From Alphaproteobacteria bacterium (GTDB lineage: Bacteria > Pseudomonadota > Alphaproteobacteria > UBA8366), in NCBI GenBank assembly GCA_041557595.1, contig JBFFGE010000003.1:1656-65655 (forward strand): 64,000 nucleotides of DNA, in the 5' to 3' direction. Positions within the stretch are counted from its first letter, which is position 1; each line of letters starts with the position of its first letter. This document shows, piece after piece, positions 19,099 to 30,477 of this stretch. A program made the position numbers and the translations under genes. A model generated the notes under the pieces. The model did not search any database. It had not been told where the DNA came from and saw only the letters and a program-made list of their open reading frames with translations.

Positions 19099-22000
19099 GC
19101 GAGCGCGTCGGCGTTTTTTCCATTCCGCCGGGCGCTTCCTTCGTCGATTCCCTGGCCGCGGGCGTGCTCGCCGATGCGGGCGACGATCCGCTGCGCCTCG
19201 CCGATACGACGATCCTGCTGCCGACCCGGCGCGCCTGCCGGGCGCTGCGCGACGCGTTCCTGCGGCAGGCCGAGGGTGCGGCCTTGCTGCTGCCGCGGAT
19301 GCGTCCGATCGGCGATGTCGAGCCCGAGGAGGCGGCGGTCGGCGAGTTGCCGGGATATGAGGAACTGGCGCTGCCGCCGGCGATATCCGAGTCGCGCCGG
19401 CTGCTGCTGATGGCGCAGTTGATCCTGGCCTGGGACCGCGCGACCGATGGCGAAGAACTCGGCCGCATCACCGACGATCACGCGGTGCGGCTGGCACAGG
19501 AACTCGCGCGGTTGATCGATCAGGTGCAGATCGAGCGGCTCGACTTCGACCGGCTCGCGACCCTGGTGCGGGGCGAGCATGCGCGCCATTGGGAACGGAC
19601 GGTCGAATTCCTGAAGATCGCCACCGCGCAATGGCCGCTTCTGCTTGCCGCCGAAGGCGCGCTCGATCCGGCCGAGCGCCGCAATCGATTGATCGAATCG
19701 GTGGTTCGCCGCTGGACCGCCGCGCCGCCGGCGGGCGCGGTCATCACGGCCGGCTCGACCGGTAGCGTGCCGGCGACCGCCGATTTGCTCGCGGTTGTCG
19801 CCGGCCTGCCCCGGGGCGCCGTCGTGCTGCCCGGGCTCGATCGGGACATGGACGCGCGCGCCTGGGATGCGGCCGCGGAGGATCAAACCCATCCGCAATT
19901 CGGTCTGCACCGGTTGCTTGGGCGGCTCAACCTCGCGCGGGACGAAGTTCGGGATTGGCCTTCCCCGGTCGCGCCGACGCCGCAATCCGTGGCCCGCGCC
20001 GCCCTGGCGAGCGAGGCGCTGCGGCCGGCCGAAACCACCGACGCCTGGCGCGATCTCGGGGAGATCCCCGTGGCCGCGCTCGAGGGCGTCGAACGGATCA
20101 ATTGCCCGGGGGAAAAGGAGGAGGCGGAGGTCATTGCCCTGATGCTGCGCCGGGCGCTCGAGACGCCGGACCATACCGCCGCCCTGGTGACGCCCGACCG
20201 ACGGCTGGCACGGCGGGTCGTGGTCGCGCTGCGCCGATGGGACATCGAAATCGACGATTCGGCCGGCCAGCCCCTGGCCGATACGGCGCCGGGCGTGTTC
20301 CTGCGTCTGACCGCCCGGATGGCGGCGGAAGGATTCGCGCCGGTGGCCCTCCTCGCCGTCTGCAAGCATCCGCTCGCGCTTGGCGGCGCCGCGCCGGGGA
20401 TCCTGCGCCGGCGGGCGCGGCTGCTCGAACGGTGGGTGCTGCGGGGGCCGCGGCCCGCGCCGGGAATCGCCGAGCTGCGCGCCGCCCTGAATGCGCTGAC
20501 CGGACGGGAGGCGCCGCCCGCGGCGGAGAAAACAGAGATTGCGGCCTTGCTCGACGATCTCGAAGACGGATTCGCGGCACTCGGCGGGCTGTTGTCGCGG
20601 GAGCGCGTCTCCCTGGCCGAGCTGATGGATCTGCATGTGTCGGCGGCGGAGCGGCTGGCGGGCGGCGATACGGAAGCGGGGTCGGCGCGCCTGTGGAGCG
20701 GCGAGGCCGGCGAAACGCTCGCCGAGTTTGTCCTGGAACTTCGCGACGCCGCGGCCGCGCTGCCCGATTTTCCGCCGGGCAACTATCCCGACATGCTGGA
20801 CGCCCTGATGGAGGGCAGGACGGTGCGGCCGCGCCATAGCCGCCATCCGCGCCTGCATATCTGGGGACCGCTCGAGGCGCGGCTTCAGCACGCCGACCTG
20901 ATCGTGCTCGGCGGCCTCAACGAAGGGGTGTGGCCCGGCGAACAGCGTCCGGATCCCTGGATGAACCGGCCGATGCGGATGGAGTTCGGGCTGCCCCTGC
21001 AGGAACGCCGGATCGGATTGTCGGCGCATGACTTCGTGCAACTGCTGTGTGCGCCGCGGGTCGCGTTGACGCGATCGCAAAAACTCGAGGGAACGCCGAC
21101 GGTGCCGTCGCGCTGGCTGCTGCGGCTTTCGGCAGTTCTGGACGGCGCGAAAGTGGACGATCCGCTGGCGCCCGAGGTCAATTGGCGTGCGTTGCAACGG
21201 GGCCTGTTGAGCGTCGACGGACACCGGCCCGTCAAGGCGCCGATGCCGGCGCCGCCCCTCGATGCCCGGCCGCGCCGGTTGTCGGTGACACAGATCGAAA
21301 CCTGGCGGCGCGATCCGTACGGTATCTATGCCCGGCATATCCTCGGATTGCGGCCGCTCGACCCCCTCGAAGCGGATCCGGGCGCGGCGGATCGCGGCAC
21401 CATTATCCACGCGGCGCTCGATCAGTATTTAAGCACGCAGGCGGATATGCCCGACGGCGAGGCTTATGAGCGGCTGCTATCGGTCGGCAGAGAGGCCTTC
21501 GGCGCCTATCTCGCATGGCCGTCGGTCTATGCCTTCTGGTGGCCGCGCTTCATGCGCATCGCCCGCTGGTTCGTCGACCGCGAGGCGGCGACCCGCGCCG
21601 CGATCGCCGAAACGACCACCGAGGTGCGCGGCTCGCTGATCCTCGACGGACCGGCCGGGCCCTTTGAGCTGACCGCGGTGGCCGACCGCATCGACCGGGA
21701 CGCCGCCGGCGGCTTGGTCATCATCGACTACAAGACGGGATCGCCGCCGAGCGACAAGGACATTCGCGAAGGCTGGGCGCCGCAGCTGCCGCTCGAGGCG
21801 GCCATCGCAAGCCGAGGCGGTTTTGCAGATGTGCCCGCGGCGGCGGTGACCGGGCTCGCGCATTGGCGACTGTCGGGCGGCGTGCCGCCGGCGCAGGAAT
21901 TCGCCGTCAAGGACGATCCCGCCGACCTCGCAGCGGCCGCGCTGGAGGGCGTGTGCACCCTGCTGGCCGCCTTCGACGATGCGCAGACGCCCTACCATGC

Positions 22001-22109
22001 GGTGCCCGATTCGCGGCATGAGCCCAGGTTCAACGACTATGCCCACCTCGCCCGCATTCGCGAATGGGCCGGGCATGACGGCGATCAAGAGGGCGGAGAC
22101 GAAGCATGA
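19095..22109 (+). CDS. addB: double-strand break repair protein AddB (alphaproteobacterial type)
   Basis: 1004 aa starting at MSERVGVF. C-terminal PD-(D/E)XK-like IIDYKTG. Coupled to addA by ATGA at 22106-22109. Confidence 0.9.
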   Translation: MSERVGVFSIPPGASFVDSLAAGVLADAGDDPLRLADTTILLPTRRACRALRDAFLRQAEGAALLLPRMRPIGDVEPEEAAVGELPGYEELALPPAISESRRLLLMAQLILAWDRATDGEELGRITDDHAVRLAQELARLIDQVQIERLDFDRLATLVRGEHARHWERTVEFLKIATAQWPLLLAAEGALDPAERRNRLIESVVRRWTAAPPAGAVITAGSTGSVPATADLLAVVAGLPRGAVVLPGLDRDMDARAWDAAAEDQTHPQFGLHRLLGRLNLARDEVRDWPSPVAPTPQSVARAALASEALRPAETTDAWRDLGEIPVAALEGVERINCPGEKEEAEVIALMLRRALETPDHTAALVTPDRRLARRVVVALRRWDIEIDDSAGQPLADTAPGVFLRLTARMAAEGFAPVALLAVCKHPLALGGAAPGILRRRARLLERWVLRGPRPAPGIAELRAALNALTGREAPPAAEKTEIAALLDDLEDGFAALGGLLSRERVSLAELMDLHVSAAERLAGGDTEAGSARLWSGEAGETLAEFVLELRDAAAALPDFPPGNYPDMLDALMEGRTVRPRHSRHPRLHIWGPLEARLQHADLIVLGGLNEGVWPGEQRPDPWMNRPMRMEFGLPLQERRIGLSAHDFVQLLCAPRVALTRSQKLEGTPTVPSRWLLRLSAVLDGAKVDDPLAPEVNWRALQRGLLSVDGHRPVKAPMPAPPLDARPRRLSVTQIETWRRDPYGIYARHILGLRPLDPLEADPGAADRGTIIHAALDQYLSTQADMPDGEAYERLLSVGREAFGAYLAWPSVYAFWWPRFMRIARWFVDREAATRAAIAETTTEVRGSLILDGPAGPFELTAVADRIDRDAAGGLVIIDYKTGSPPSDKDIREGWAPQLPLEAAIASRGGFADVPAAAVTGLAHWRLSGGVPPAQEFAVKDDPADLAAAALEGVCTLLAAFDDAQTPYHAVPDSRHEPRFNDYAHLARIREWAGHDGDQEGGDEA

Positions 22110-25100
22110 CGACGTCAAGCGCGCCCGATCCCGGTCGTCGCCAACGGCGCGCCTCCGATCCGGCGGCCAATGTCTGGGTCGCCGCCTCGGCGGGCAGCGG
22201 CAAGACCAAGGTTCTGACCGACCGGGTGTTGCGCCTGATGCTCGACGGCGCGCCGCCGGAACGAATTCTCTGCCTGACGTTTACCAAGGCGGCGGCCGCC
22301 GAAATGGCCAACCGGGTCAATGCCACGCTCGGCAAATGGGCCATCGACGCGGACGCCGAATTGCGGGCGGATCTGTCGAAGTTGACCGGCGCGGCGCCGG
22401 ACGACGCCGGCATTGCGGCGGCCCGGCGGCTGTTCGCGCAGGTGCTCGACGTGCCGGGCGGCCTCAAGATCCAGACGATCCACAGTTTCTGCGAATCCCT
22501 GTTGTCGCGGTTCCCGGTCGAGGCGCGGGTACCCCCGCACGCCCAGGTGATGGACGAGCGTGGCGCGGCCGAATTGATCCAGATTGCCCGGGATGCGGTG
22601 CTGGCGCGGGTCAGGAACACGCCGGAACTCGCCGATGCCCTGGCCGTCGTGACCGAATACGCCCAGGAGGATCAGTTCGCCGGCCTGCTCGATCATATGG
22701 CGGCCGAGCGCGGCCGTTTGCGCCGCGCGCTCGCCGCCGGCGACTGGGCCGGCGATATCCACCGCCATTTCGGCATCGAAGCCGACCTCGAGGAGGGCGA
22801 TGTCATTGCCGCGGCCAGTGAGGATGCGGCCTTTGCATTGGAGGATCTGCAACGCGCGGCGGCGGCCTTGGCGCAAGGGACCGAAAAAACCGATCAACCG
22901 CGTGGCCGCGTCATCGCCGAATGGCTGTCAGCCGAACCGGCGGAGCGACGCCGGAATTTCGAGGAATACCGCCGGACGTATTTCAACGCCGACGGCGCGG
23001 CGACAAAGACCTTGGCGACCAAGGCGGTCCAGACGGCGCTGCCGGATGCCGCCGACATCCTGTTCCGGGAACAGCAGCGCCTTGCCGAGGTGCTGGATCG
23101 CTGCCGCGCCATCGTGACGGCGCGGGCGAGCGTGGCGCTCCTGTGCCTCGGCGCGGCGATCCTGGACGCCTATGAGGCGGCCAAGCGGCGGCGCGTGCAG
23201 CTCGACTACGACGACCTCATCATCAAGGCGCGCAACCTCCTGAAGGATCAGGGAGACGGTTTCGCCGCCTGGGTTCTGTACAAGATCGACGGCGGGCTGG
23301 ATCATATCCTGATCGACGAATCGCAGGATACCAATCCGGATCAATGGGAAATCGTCGCCGCGCTGGCCGACGAATTCTTCGCCGGCGAAGGCGCGCGAGA
23401 CATCGATCGCAGCGTGTTTGCGGTCGGCGACGTGAAACAGTCGATCTTCAGTTTCCAACGCGCCGATCCCGCGGCATTCCGGCACTACCGCGATCATTTC
23501 GACCGTCGCGTGCGCGCCGCGGAGCGCAAGTGGGATCCGGTCGAGCTGGACGTGTCCTTCCGATCCACCGAGGCGGTGTTGCAGGCGGTCGATGCGGTCT
23601 TCGCGCACAGTCCGGCGCGGGACGGCGTCGTCGAGCCGGGCGACACCCTGAACCATGTCGCCTTCCGCGCCGGGCAGGGCGGGCTGGTCGAGCTGTGGCC
23701 CGTGGTCGAGCCGGAATCCCCTGAAAGCCCCTCCTGGGAGCCGCCGGTGCTGCGGCGCACCCTGCTGGCGCCGCAGCGGCGGCTTGCCACGGTCATCGCG
23801 CGGCAGGTCGTGCGGTGGATCGAGGGCGACACGCTGCCGTCGCGCAACCGCCCTGTGCGGGCCGGCGACATCATGATCCTGCTGCGCACGCGGGGTGCCT
23901 TGATGGAGGAACTGGTGCGGGCGCTCAAGACCGCCGGCGTGCCGGTCGCTGGCGTCGACCGAATGGCGCTGACCGACCAGCTCGCGGTGATGGATTTGAT
24001 CGCCCTGGGTCAATTTCTGCTGCTGCCGGGGGACGACCTGATCCTGGCCACGGTCCTCAAAGGACCCCTGATCGGTCTGGACGACGACGCCCTGTTCACA
24101 CTGGCTTACGGCCGGGGCAGCCGAAATTTGTGGCAACGGCTCGGCGATCTCTCCGGCGAGTCGGAAAGCTTCGGTGCGGCGCACGCCTGGCTGGCGGGAC
24201 TGCTGTCCGAGACGGATTTCCGGCCGCCTTACGAGCTCTTCGCCTCGGTGCTGACGCGCGCGGCGATTCGTCCCGGCGTCAGCGGCTGGCAATGCATGAT
24301 CGAACGGTTGGGTCCCGAAGCGGAAGACCCGATCGATGAGTTTCTTGCGCAGGCGCTGGCGTTCGAGCGCAGCCACGCGCCGTCGCTACAGGGTTTCCTG
24401 CGCTGGCTCGAGGCCGGGTCGGTGGAGATCAAGCGCGATCTGGAGCAAGGCGAGCGGGACGAGGTGCGGGTCATGACGGTGCATGGCGCCAAGGGGCTGC
24501 AGGCGCCGATCGTCATCCTGCCGGACGCTCCGAGCAAGCCCCGGGGCGGCCAGGGACCGGAACTGCTGTGGCTCGACGGAACGCAGCCGGTGTGGCCGCC
24601 GAAACGGGAAATGGAGGAAACCCTGTGCCGTCAGGCGCGCGCGGAGGCGAATCGCCGCCGCGACGAGGAATACCGGCGCCTGCTCTATGTGGCGATGACC
24701 CGTGCCGAGGACCGCCTCTATGTGTGCGGCGCCGCGGGCGGCCAGAAGATCCCCGAGGATTCCTGGTACGGCCTTGTCGCCGCAGGGCTGGAGGGGGTCG
24801 CGCAAACGGCGGAATTCGACTTCCGCGATGCCGGGCCATCGGGCTGGCACGGAACCGGGTTGCGGCTGGTCAACGCGCAGGAGGCGCGCCCGCAGACCGG
24901 GGACGCGACCGGGCTCGAGCGGATGATATCGCCGTCGCGGGAAGCGTGGATGGATCGCCCCGCCCCGCCGGAACCGCTGCCGCCCCGGCCGCTCGCGCCA
25001 TCGCGGCCATCCGGCGCGGAACCGCCGGTGCTGTCGCCGGTCGACCGGTCGGAGGCGGTGGGTATGCGGCGCGGATCGATCATTCACCGGCTGCTGCAGG

Positions 25101-25570
25101 CGCTGCCGGATCTGCCGGTCGGCGCGCGTCGCGGGGCCTGTGCCGACTATCTCGGCCAACCGGGACAGGGGCTCGACGCCGACGCCCAGGCGGAGATTGC
25201 GGACGAGGTGATGGCGATCCTGGAGTCGCCCGATTACGAAGCCTTTTTCGGGCCCAACAGCCGCGCCGAAGTCCCGGTAATCGGGGCCGTGGAAGGGCCG
25301 GACGGGCCGACCGTCGTTTCCGGGCAAGTCGACCGGCTGGTGGTCGAGCCGGACCGGATTCTCGTGCTGGACTATAAATCCGCCCGCCCGGCGCCGCGCA
25401 CCGCCGCCGAGACCGCCCCTGCCTATCTGTGGCAGATGGCGGCGTATCGCGCCGTGTTGCGGCAGATCTGGCCGGATCGGCCGGTGGAATGCGGCTTGCT
25501 TTGGACCGCTGTGCCGCGGCTATCGATGGTCACGGAATGGCTGCTTGACCCGCCGATGGGGCGTTCCTAG
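22106..25570 (+). CDS. addA: double-strand break repair helicase-nuclease AddA
   Basis: 1154 aa with UvrD-like Walker A AASAGSGKTKVL, DESQDT box and C-terminal nuclease LVLDYKS. Confidence 0.95.
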   Translation: MTTSSAPDPGRRQRRASDPAANVWVAASAGSGKTKVLTDRVLRLMLDGAPPERILCLTFTKAAAAEMANRVNATLGKWAIDADAELRADLSKLTGAAPDDAGIAAARRLFAQVLDVPGGLKIQTIHSFCESLLSRFPVEARVPPHAQVMDERGAAELIQIARDAVLARVRNTPELADALAVVTEYAQEDQFAGLLDHMAAERGRLRRALAAGDWAGDIHRHFGIEADLEEGDVIAAASEDAAFALEDLQRAAAALAQGTEKTDQPRGRVIAEWLSAEPAERRRNFEEYRRTYFNADGAATKTLATKAVQTALPDAADILFREQQRLAEVLDRCRAIVTARASVALLCLGAAILDAYEAAKRRRVQLDYDDLIIKARNLLKDQGDGFAAWVLYKIDGGLDHILIDESQDTNPDQWEIVAALADEFFAGEGARDIDRSVFAVGDVKQSIFSFQRADPAAFRHYRDHFDRRVRAAERKWDPVELDVSFRSTEAVLQAVDAVFAHSPARDGVVEPGDTLNHVAFRAGQGGLVELWPVVEPESPESPSWEPPVLRRTLLAPQRRLATVIARQVVRWIEGDTLPSRNRPVRAGDIMILLRTRGALMEELVRALKTAGVPVAGVDRMALTDQLAVMDLIALGQFLLLPGDDLILATVLKGPLIGLDDDALFTLAYGRGSRNLWQRLGDLSGESESFGAAHAWLAGLLSETDFRPPYELFASVLTRAAIRPGVSGWQCMIERLGPEAEDPIDEFLAQALAFERSHAPSLQGFLRWLEAGSVEIKRDLEQGERDEVRVMTVHGAKGLQAPIVILPDAPSKPRGGQGPELLWLDGTQPVWPPKREMEETLCRQARAEANRRRDEEYRRLLYVAMTRAEDRLYVCGAAGGQKIPEDSWYGLVAAGLEGVAQTAEFDFRDAGPSGWHGTGLRLVNAQEARPQTGDATGLERMISPSREAWMDRPAPPEPLPPRPLAPSRPSGAEPPVLSPVDRSEAVGMRRGSIIHRLLQALPDLPVGARRGACADYLGQPGQGLDADAQAEIADEVMAILESPDYEAFFGPNSRAEVPVIGAVEGPDGPTVVSGQVDRLVVEPDRILVLDYKSARPAPRTAAETAPAYLWQMAAYRAVLRQIWPDRPVECGLLWTAVPRLSMVTEWLLDPPMGRS

Positions 25571-25636
25571 ATTCATGGGTACGCGTAGCGCGCAGTCGCG
25601 CCCCAATCCGTACGGCCCCATTGAAGGAGCAAGTTT

Positions 25637-25960
25637 ATGAGTTCACCCGTTAAAGTAGGCGACGACGATTTCGAAAACAGCGTATTGAAAGCAAAAGGGC
25701 CGGTTTTGGTTGATTTCTGGGCGGAATGGTGCGGCCCCTGCAAAATGATCGCCCCGGCGCTGGAAGAAATCGCCGGCGATATGGCGGGCAAGGTTACGGT
25801 CGCCAAGCTGAACATCGACGACAACCCGCACACGCCGTCGAAATTCGACGTGCGCGGCATTCCGACGCTGATTTTGTTCAAGGATGGACAGGTCGCGGCC
25901 CGCAAGGTCGGCGCGTTGCCGAAAAGCAAGCTCGTCGAATGGGTCGAATCCGTAATCTGA
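25637..25960 (+). CDS. trxA: thioredoxin
   Basis: 107 aa with WAEWCGPCK active site and AAGGAG RBS. Confidence 0.97.
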   Translation: MSSPVKVGDDDFENSVLKAKGPVLVDFWAEWCGPCKMIAPALEEIAGDMAGKVTVAKLNIDDNPHTPSKFDVRGIPTLILFKDGQVAARKVGALPKSKLVEWVESVI

Positions 25961-25987
25961 TCCGGTCGAGCCTCTCGCAGACTTGGG

Positions 25988-26010
25988 CCCCGCCGGATCG
26001 GTGGGGTTTT
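25988..26010 (+). terminator. candidate rho-independent terminator of trxA
   Basis: CCCCGCC-GGATC-GGTGGGG stem-loop (one G.U pair) followed by TTTT, 28 nt after the trxA stop. Confidence 0.5.
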
Positions 26011-26060
26011 CGTCTGTCTGGGCAAGGGAAAGCGCGCGGCTGCCGCCCGTTTCGACGATG

Positions 26061-27416
26061 TCAGCGGGCGGCGCTGTGGGCGTCGTCGTCCCCGTCTTTC
26101 CGCCGGTCCTGCGCCAGGACCAGCCCCGCCAGGTAAAGCGAGCCGCATATCAAGATGCGGGCCGGGCCCTTCTCGGTTGTCACGATATCGGCCAGGGCGC
26201 TTTCGACCGACGGCGCCGGGGCGCTGCGAATATCGACCTCGGACGCCGCTTCCGCGGCTTCCGCCGCGCTCAGGCTGCCCTCCTCACCGTCGATCGTCAC
26301 CGCCCGCAAGGCGGACACCAACTCGTTCATCGGTCGCAGGAAATGCTGCGGCGTCTTGCGTTGCATCATGCCGAAAATCAGATAGATCGGCTTGTCTTGC
26401 CAGGCGCGGAGGGTTCCCGCCAGCGCCTCGCCGGCGGCCGGGTTGTGGCCGCCGTCGAGCCATACTTCCCAGCCATCGGGCAACACGGCGGCCAGCCGGT
26501 CCGCGTCGAGATGCTGCAATCGCGCCGGCCATTGGGCCGCCGGCAGCCCCTCGGCAATCGCGGTGTCTGGTATTTCGAGCGCGCCGAACCGTTCGAGGCA
26601 GGCGATGGCCGTTCCCGCATTGATGAGCTGATGCGGGCCGATCAGGCCCGGCCGCGGAACGTCGAGCGAGATTTGCGAAGACCGATACCGGATGCCGGAA
26701 TCCGTCGGCTCGACGGCCCAATCACGGCCATAGAGAAACGGGCGGGCGCCGGCCGCCGCCGCCTGTTGCAGCAGCACCGCCTTCGCCTGGTCGTATTGCG
26801 GCGCGATGATCGAGGGAACGTCCGGTTTCTGGATCGCCCCTTTTTCGGCGGCGATGCGGCGGATGGTATCGCCGAGAAAATGCATATGGTCCATCGAAAC
26901 CGGCGTGATCACCGTGGCCGCCGGCCGGTCGATCACGTTGGTCGCGTCGAAACGGCCGCCGAGGCCGGTTTCCAGCAACAGGACATCGGCCTTGCTCCGG
27001 CTGAAGGCGAGCAGCGCGGCCGCGGTGGTAATTTCAAAAAAGGTGATCGTATCGCCCTTATTCACGCGCTCGCACTCGGTCAGCACGTCGACCAGCTCCG
27101 ATTCGGCGATCTCGGCGCCGGCCAGTCGAATCCGTTCGTGAAAGCGTACGAGGTGCGGCGAGGTATAGGTGTGGACCCGGTGTCCCGCGGTTTCCAGAAT
27201 GGCCCGCATGAAGGCGATGACCGATCCCTTGCCGTTGGTCCCCGCGACATGGATCGTCGGCGGCAGCCGATCTTGCGGCCGCCCCAGCCGTTCCAGCAGG
27301 ATCAGGATGCGATCCAACGAGAGATCGATGATTTTCGGGTGCAGGCGGTGCAGACGCTCGAGAACGTCGGCGCTGCTTTGGCTAGTCGTCGGCCGCTTGC
27401 GGGCGAGCTTGAACAT
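26061..27416 (-). CDS. folC: bifunctional folylpolyglutamate synthase / dihydrofolate synthase
   Basis: 451 aa with Mur-ligase P-loop HVAGTNGKGS. Confidence 0.92.
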   Translation of the reverse strand: MFKLARKRPTTSQSSADVLERLHRLHPKIIDLSLDRILILLERLGRPQDRLPPTIHVAGTNGKGSVIAFMRAILETAGHRVHTYTSPHLVRFHERIRLAGAEIAESELVDVLTECERVNKGDTITFFEITTAAALLAFSRSKADVLLLETGLGGRFDATNVIDRPAATVITPVSMDHMHFLGDTIRRIAAEKGAIQKPDVPSIIAPQYDQAKAVLLQQAAAAGARPFLYGRDWAVEPTDSGIRYRSSQISLDVPRPGLIGPHQLINAGTAIACLERFGALEIPDTAIAEGLPAAQWPARLQHLDADRLAAVLPDGWEVWLDGGHNPAAGEALAGTLRAWQDKPIYLIFGMMQRKTPQHFLRPMNELVSALRAVTIDGEEGSLSAAEAAEAASEVDIRSAPAPSVESALADIVTTEKGPARILICGSLYLAGLVLAQDRRKDGDDDAHSAAR

Positions 27417-28344
27417 CGTTTGCGATCTGTGTGTCGGTGGCTGCGGGGCTGGCGGCGGCCTGCTCGCCGGGCAGGGAGAGGATCTCGCCGGTTGGCTGCC
27501 GCTTGAGCAAGATTGAGATGCTGCGGATCAACGTGTCGCGGAGCTCGGACCGCTGCACGACAATGTCGACGATGCCATGCTCCTGGAGATATTCCGCGCG
27601 CTGGAAGCCTTCGGGCAGCGTTTCCCGCACGGTTTGCTCGATCACGCGTGCGCCGGCAAAGCCGATCATCGCGCCCGCTTCGGCGATGTGCAGGTCGCCC
27701 AGCATGGCAAAGCTCGCCGTTACGCCGCCGGTGGTCGGATCGGCCAGCAGGACGATGTAGGGCAAGCCCGCCTCCTTTACCTCCTGCACGGCGATTACGG
27801 TTCGCGGTAGTTGCATCAGCGACAGGGCGCCTTCCTGCATGCGCGCGCCGCCGGAGGCGGGCACGGCGATCAGCGGGGCCTGTTGCGCGACGGCGAGACG
27901 GGCGGCGGCAATGATGCCGTCGCCGACCGCCATGCCCATGGAGCCGCCCATGAATCCGAAGTCCAGGGCGACGACCACCGTGTCGATGCCGCCGATCTTG
28001 CCATGCGCGACAATAACCGCGTCGTCCTCGCCGCTTTTGGCACGCGCGTCGCGCAAGCGGTCGGTGTATTTCTTCTGGTCGCGGAAACGCAGCGGATCGG
28101 CGGTTACCGAGGGCAGCTCGATGCGATGGTACTCGCCGCCGTCGAACAGCAATTCCATGCGTTGAATGGCGCCGAGCCGCATGTGGTGTCCGCAATGCTG
28201 GCAGACATGCAAATTGACCTCGAGATCGCGATGAAAAATCATCTGCCCGCATTTCGGGCATTTGTGCCACAGGTTGTCCGGCACGTCCGTGCGCGTAACG
28301 AGGGCCCGAAGCTTGGGTCGAACGAAATTTGTCAGCCAGTTCAT
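27382..28344 (-). CDS. accD: acetyl-CoA carboxylase carboxyltransferase beta subunit
   Basis: 320 aa with N-terminal zinc ribbon CPKCGQ...CQHCGHH and a carboxyltransferase domain. Confidence 0.95.
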   Translation of the reverse strand: MNWLTNFVRPKLRALVTRTDVPDNLWHKCPKCGQMIFHRDLEVNLHVCQHCGHHMRLGAIQRMELLFDGGEYHRIELPSVTADPLRFRDQKKYTDRLRDARAKSGEDDAVIVAHGKIGGIDTVVVALDFGFMGGSMGMAVGDGIIAAARLAVAQQAPLIAVPASGGARMQEGALSLMQLPRTVIAVQEVKEAGLPYIVLLADPTTGGVTASFAMLGDLHIAEAGAMIGFAGARVIEQTVRETLPEGFQRAEYLQEHGIVDIVVQRSELRDTLIRSISILLKRQPTGEILSLPGEQAAASPAATDTQIANDVQARPQAADD

Positions 28345-29162
28345 GCGCTGCGCACTCCTGCCGCCAATTCGCCAACGAATTGCAGGACGGACTCCACCAG
28401 ATCCGCCGCGGGCTCGCCGGTCGCGTCGAGCGCGTTTTCGATGCGGCGGACAATCGCCGATCCGACGACGGCGGCGTCGGCGGCCTGCGAAATCGCGCGC
28501 GCTTCCGCGCCGGTATTGATGCCGAAGCCGACGGCGATCGGCAGGTCGGTCTGGACGCGCAATCGGGCGACCGCCGCGCGCACGTCGTCTTCCTGCACCG
28601 TCTTGGTCCCGGTGATGCCCATAATCGACACGTAATAGACGAATCCGCTGGCATTTGATAGCACAACCGGCAGCCGGGCAGCGTCGGTTGTCGGCGTGGC
28701 AAGCCGGATCCAGTTGAGCCCGGCCGCGACCGCGGGTTCGCAGAGTTCGACGTCTTCTTCGGGCGGCAGGTCGACGACGATCAGGCCATCCACGCCGGCT
28801 TTCTTGGCGTCGCGCAGGAACGCGTCAACGCCGTAGATAAAGATCGGATTATAATATCCCATTAAAATCAAGGGAGTATCATCGTCCGTCTCGCGGAATG
28901 CCTGCGCGATTGCCAGCGTATGTTTCATCGTCGCCCCGGCGCGCAGCGCGCGTTGCGAGGATGCCTGGATGGCGGGTCCGTCGGCCATCGGATCGGTAAA
29001 GGGCATGCCCAACTCGATCAAATCGGCGCCGGCCGCCGGCAGGCCGAGAATAATCCGTTTCGACGTTTCGTGATCGGGATCGCCGGCCGTGAGGAAGGTC
29101 ACCAATCCACCCCGGCCTTCGGCGCGCAAGGCGGCGAAGCGCTTTTCGATCCGGCCGGTCAT
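28341..29162 (-). CDS. trpA: tryptophan synthase alpha chain
   Basis: 273 aa from MTGRIEKRF, with [17 protein letters not shown]. The longer track ORF (to 29657) runs out of frame through trpB and is rejected. Confidence 0.93.
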   Translation of the reverse strand: MTGRIEKRFAALRAEGRGGLVTFLTAGDPDHETSKRIILGLPAAGADLIELGMPFTDPMADGPAIQASSQRALRAGATMKHTLAIAQAFRETDDDTPLILMGYYNPIFIYGVDAFLRDAKKAGVDGLIVVDLPPEEDVELCEPAVAAGLNWIRLATPTTDAARLPVVLSNASGFVYYVSIMGITGTKTVQEDDVRAAVARLRVQTDLPIAVGFGINTGAEARAISQAADAAVVGSAIVRRIENALDATGEPAADLVESVLQFVGELAAGVRSA

Positions 29163-30370
29163 ATTTTCATCCCGAGGGCATCCGCCACGGTGAAGATGTC
29201 CTTGTCGCCGCGTCCGCACAAATTCATGCAGAGGATATGATCCTTCGGCAGGTCGCCGGCGATCTTGGCGACATAGGCCAGGGCATGCGCCGGTTCGAGC
29301 GCGGGGATGATGCCTTCGGTGCGGCTGCACAGCTGGAAGGCGTCGAGTGCTTCGCGGTCGGTGGCGGAGACGTACTCGACCCGATTGCTGTCGTGCAGCC
29401 AGGCATGCTCCGGGCCGATTCCCGGATAGTCGAGGCCCGCCGAGATGGAGTGCGCTTCGGTGATCTGGCCGTCCGCGTCCTGCAGCAGATAGGTCCGGTT
29501 GCCGTGCAGGACCCCGGGCGCGCCGCCGGTGACCGATGCGGCGTGTTCGCCGGTGTCGATGCCCTTGCCCGCGGCCTCGACGCCGAACATGCGCACGTCG
29601 GCGTCGTCCAGGAAGGGATGAAACAGACCCATGGCATTCGATCCGCCGCCGATGCACGCGACCAGGCTGTCCGGCAGGCGGCCTTCGGCACGTATCATCT
29701 GTTCGCGGACTTCCGTGCCGATCACCGATTGGAAATCGCGCACCATGGCCGGGTAAGGGTGCGGCCCCGCGACCGTGCCGATGATGTAAAATGTATCCTC
29801 GACATTGGCGACCCAGTCGCGAAGCGCGTCGTTCATCGCGTCCTTCAGCGTCGACCGACCGCTGGTCACCGGGCGGACTTCCGCGCCGAGCAGGTTCATG
29901 CGGAAGACATTCGGCTTTTGCCGTTCAACATCGGTTGCGCCCATATAGATGACGCAGGGTAAATCGAACAATGCGCACACGGTCGCCACCGCGACGCCAT
30001 GTTGCCCGGCGCCCGTCTCGGCAATGATCCGCCGTTTGCCCATGCGTTTTGCGAGCAGGATTTGGCCCAGGCAATTGTTGATCTTGTGCGAGCCTGTGTG
30101 ATTGAGCTCGTCGCGCTTGAAATAGATCTTCGCGCCACCGAAATGTTCGGTCAGCCGCCCGGCGAAGTAGAGCGGGCTCGGCCGGCCGGCGTAAAATTCG
30201 AGGAGATAGTCCAGCTCGCGCTGAAATTCCGGGTCCGCCTTGGCGTCTTCATACGCCTGCTCGACCGCCAGGATCAGCGGCATCAGGGTCTCTGCGACGA
30301 AACGTCCGCCGAAGGAGCCGAAATGGCCGCGCTCGTCCGGTCCGGCGCGAAAGGAATTGGGCTTAGCCAT
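29159..30370 (-). CDS. trpB: tryptophan synthase beta chain
   Basis: 403 aa from MAKPNSF, with PLP-lysine motif [13 protein letters not shown] overlap with trpA at 29159-29162. Confidence 0.96.
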   Translation of the reverse strand: MAKPNSFRAGPDERGHFGSFGGRFVAETLMPLILAVEQAYEDAKADPEFQRELDYLLEFYAGRPSPLYFAGRLTEHFGGAKIYFKRDELNHTGSHKINNCLGQILLAKRMGKRRIIAETGAGQHGVAVATVCALFDLPCVIYMGATDVERQKPNVFRMNLLGAEVRPVTSGRSTLKDAMNDALRDWVANVEDTFYIIGTVAGPHPYPAMVRDFQSVIGTEVREQMIRAEGRLPDSLVACIGGGSNAMGLFHPFLDDADVRMFGVEAAGKGIDTGEHAASVTGGAPGVLHGNRTYLLQDADGQITEAHSISAGLDYPGIGPEHAWLHDSNRVEYVSATDREALDAFQLCSRTEGIIPALEPAHALAYVAKIAGDLPKDHILCMNLCGRGDKDIFTVADALGMKI

Positions 30371-30477
30371 TAATACTCCGGTCAAATTCGGATGCCGGCA
30401 GCGCATTGGAAAGGGGGGTAATAGTGCACCTGCCGCCACAAGTCCATATGCGAATTCCGCCGCAAGACCGCCCCATT

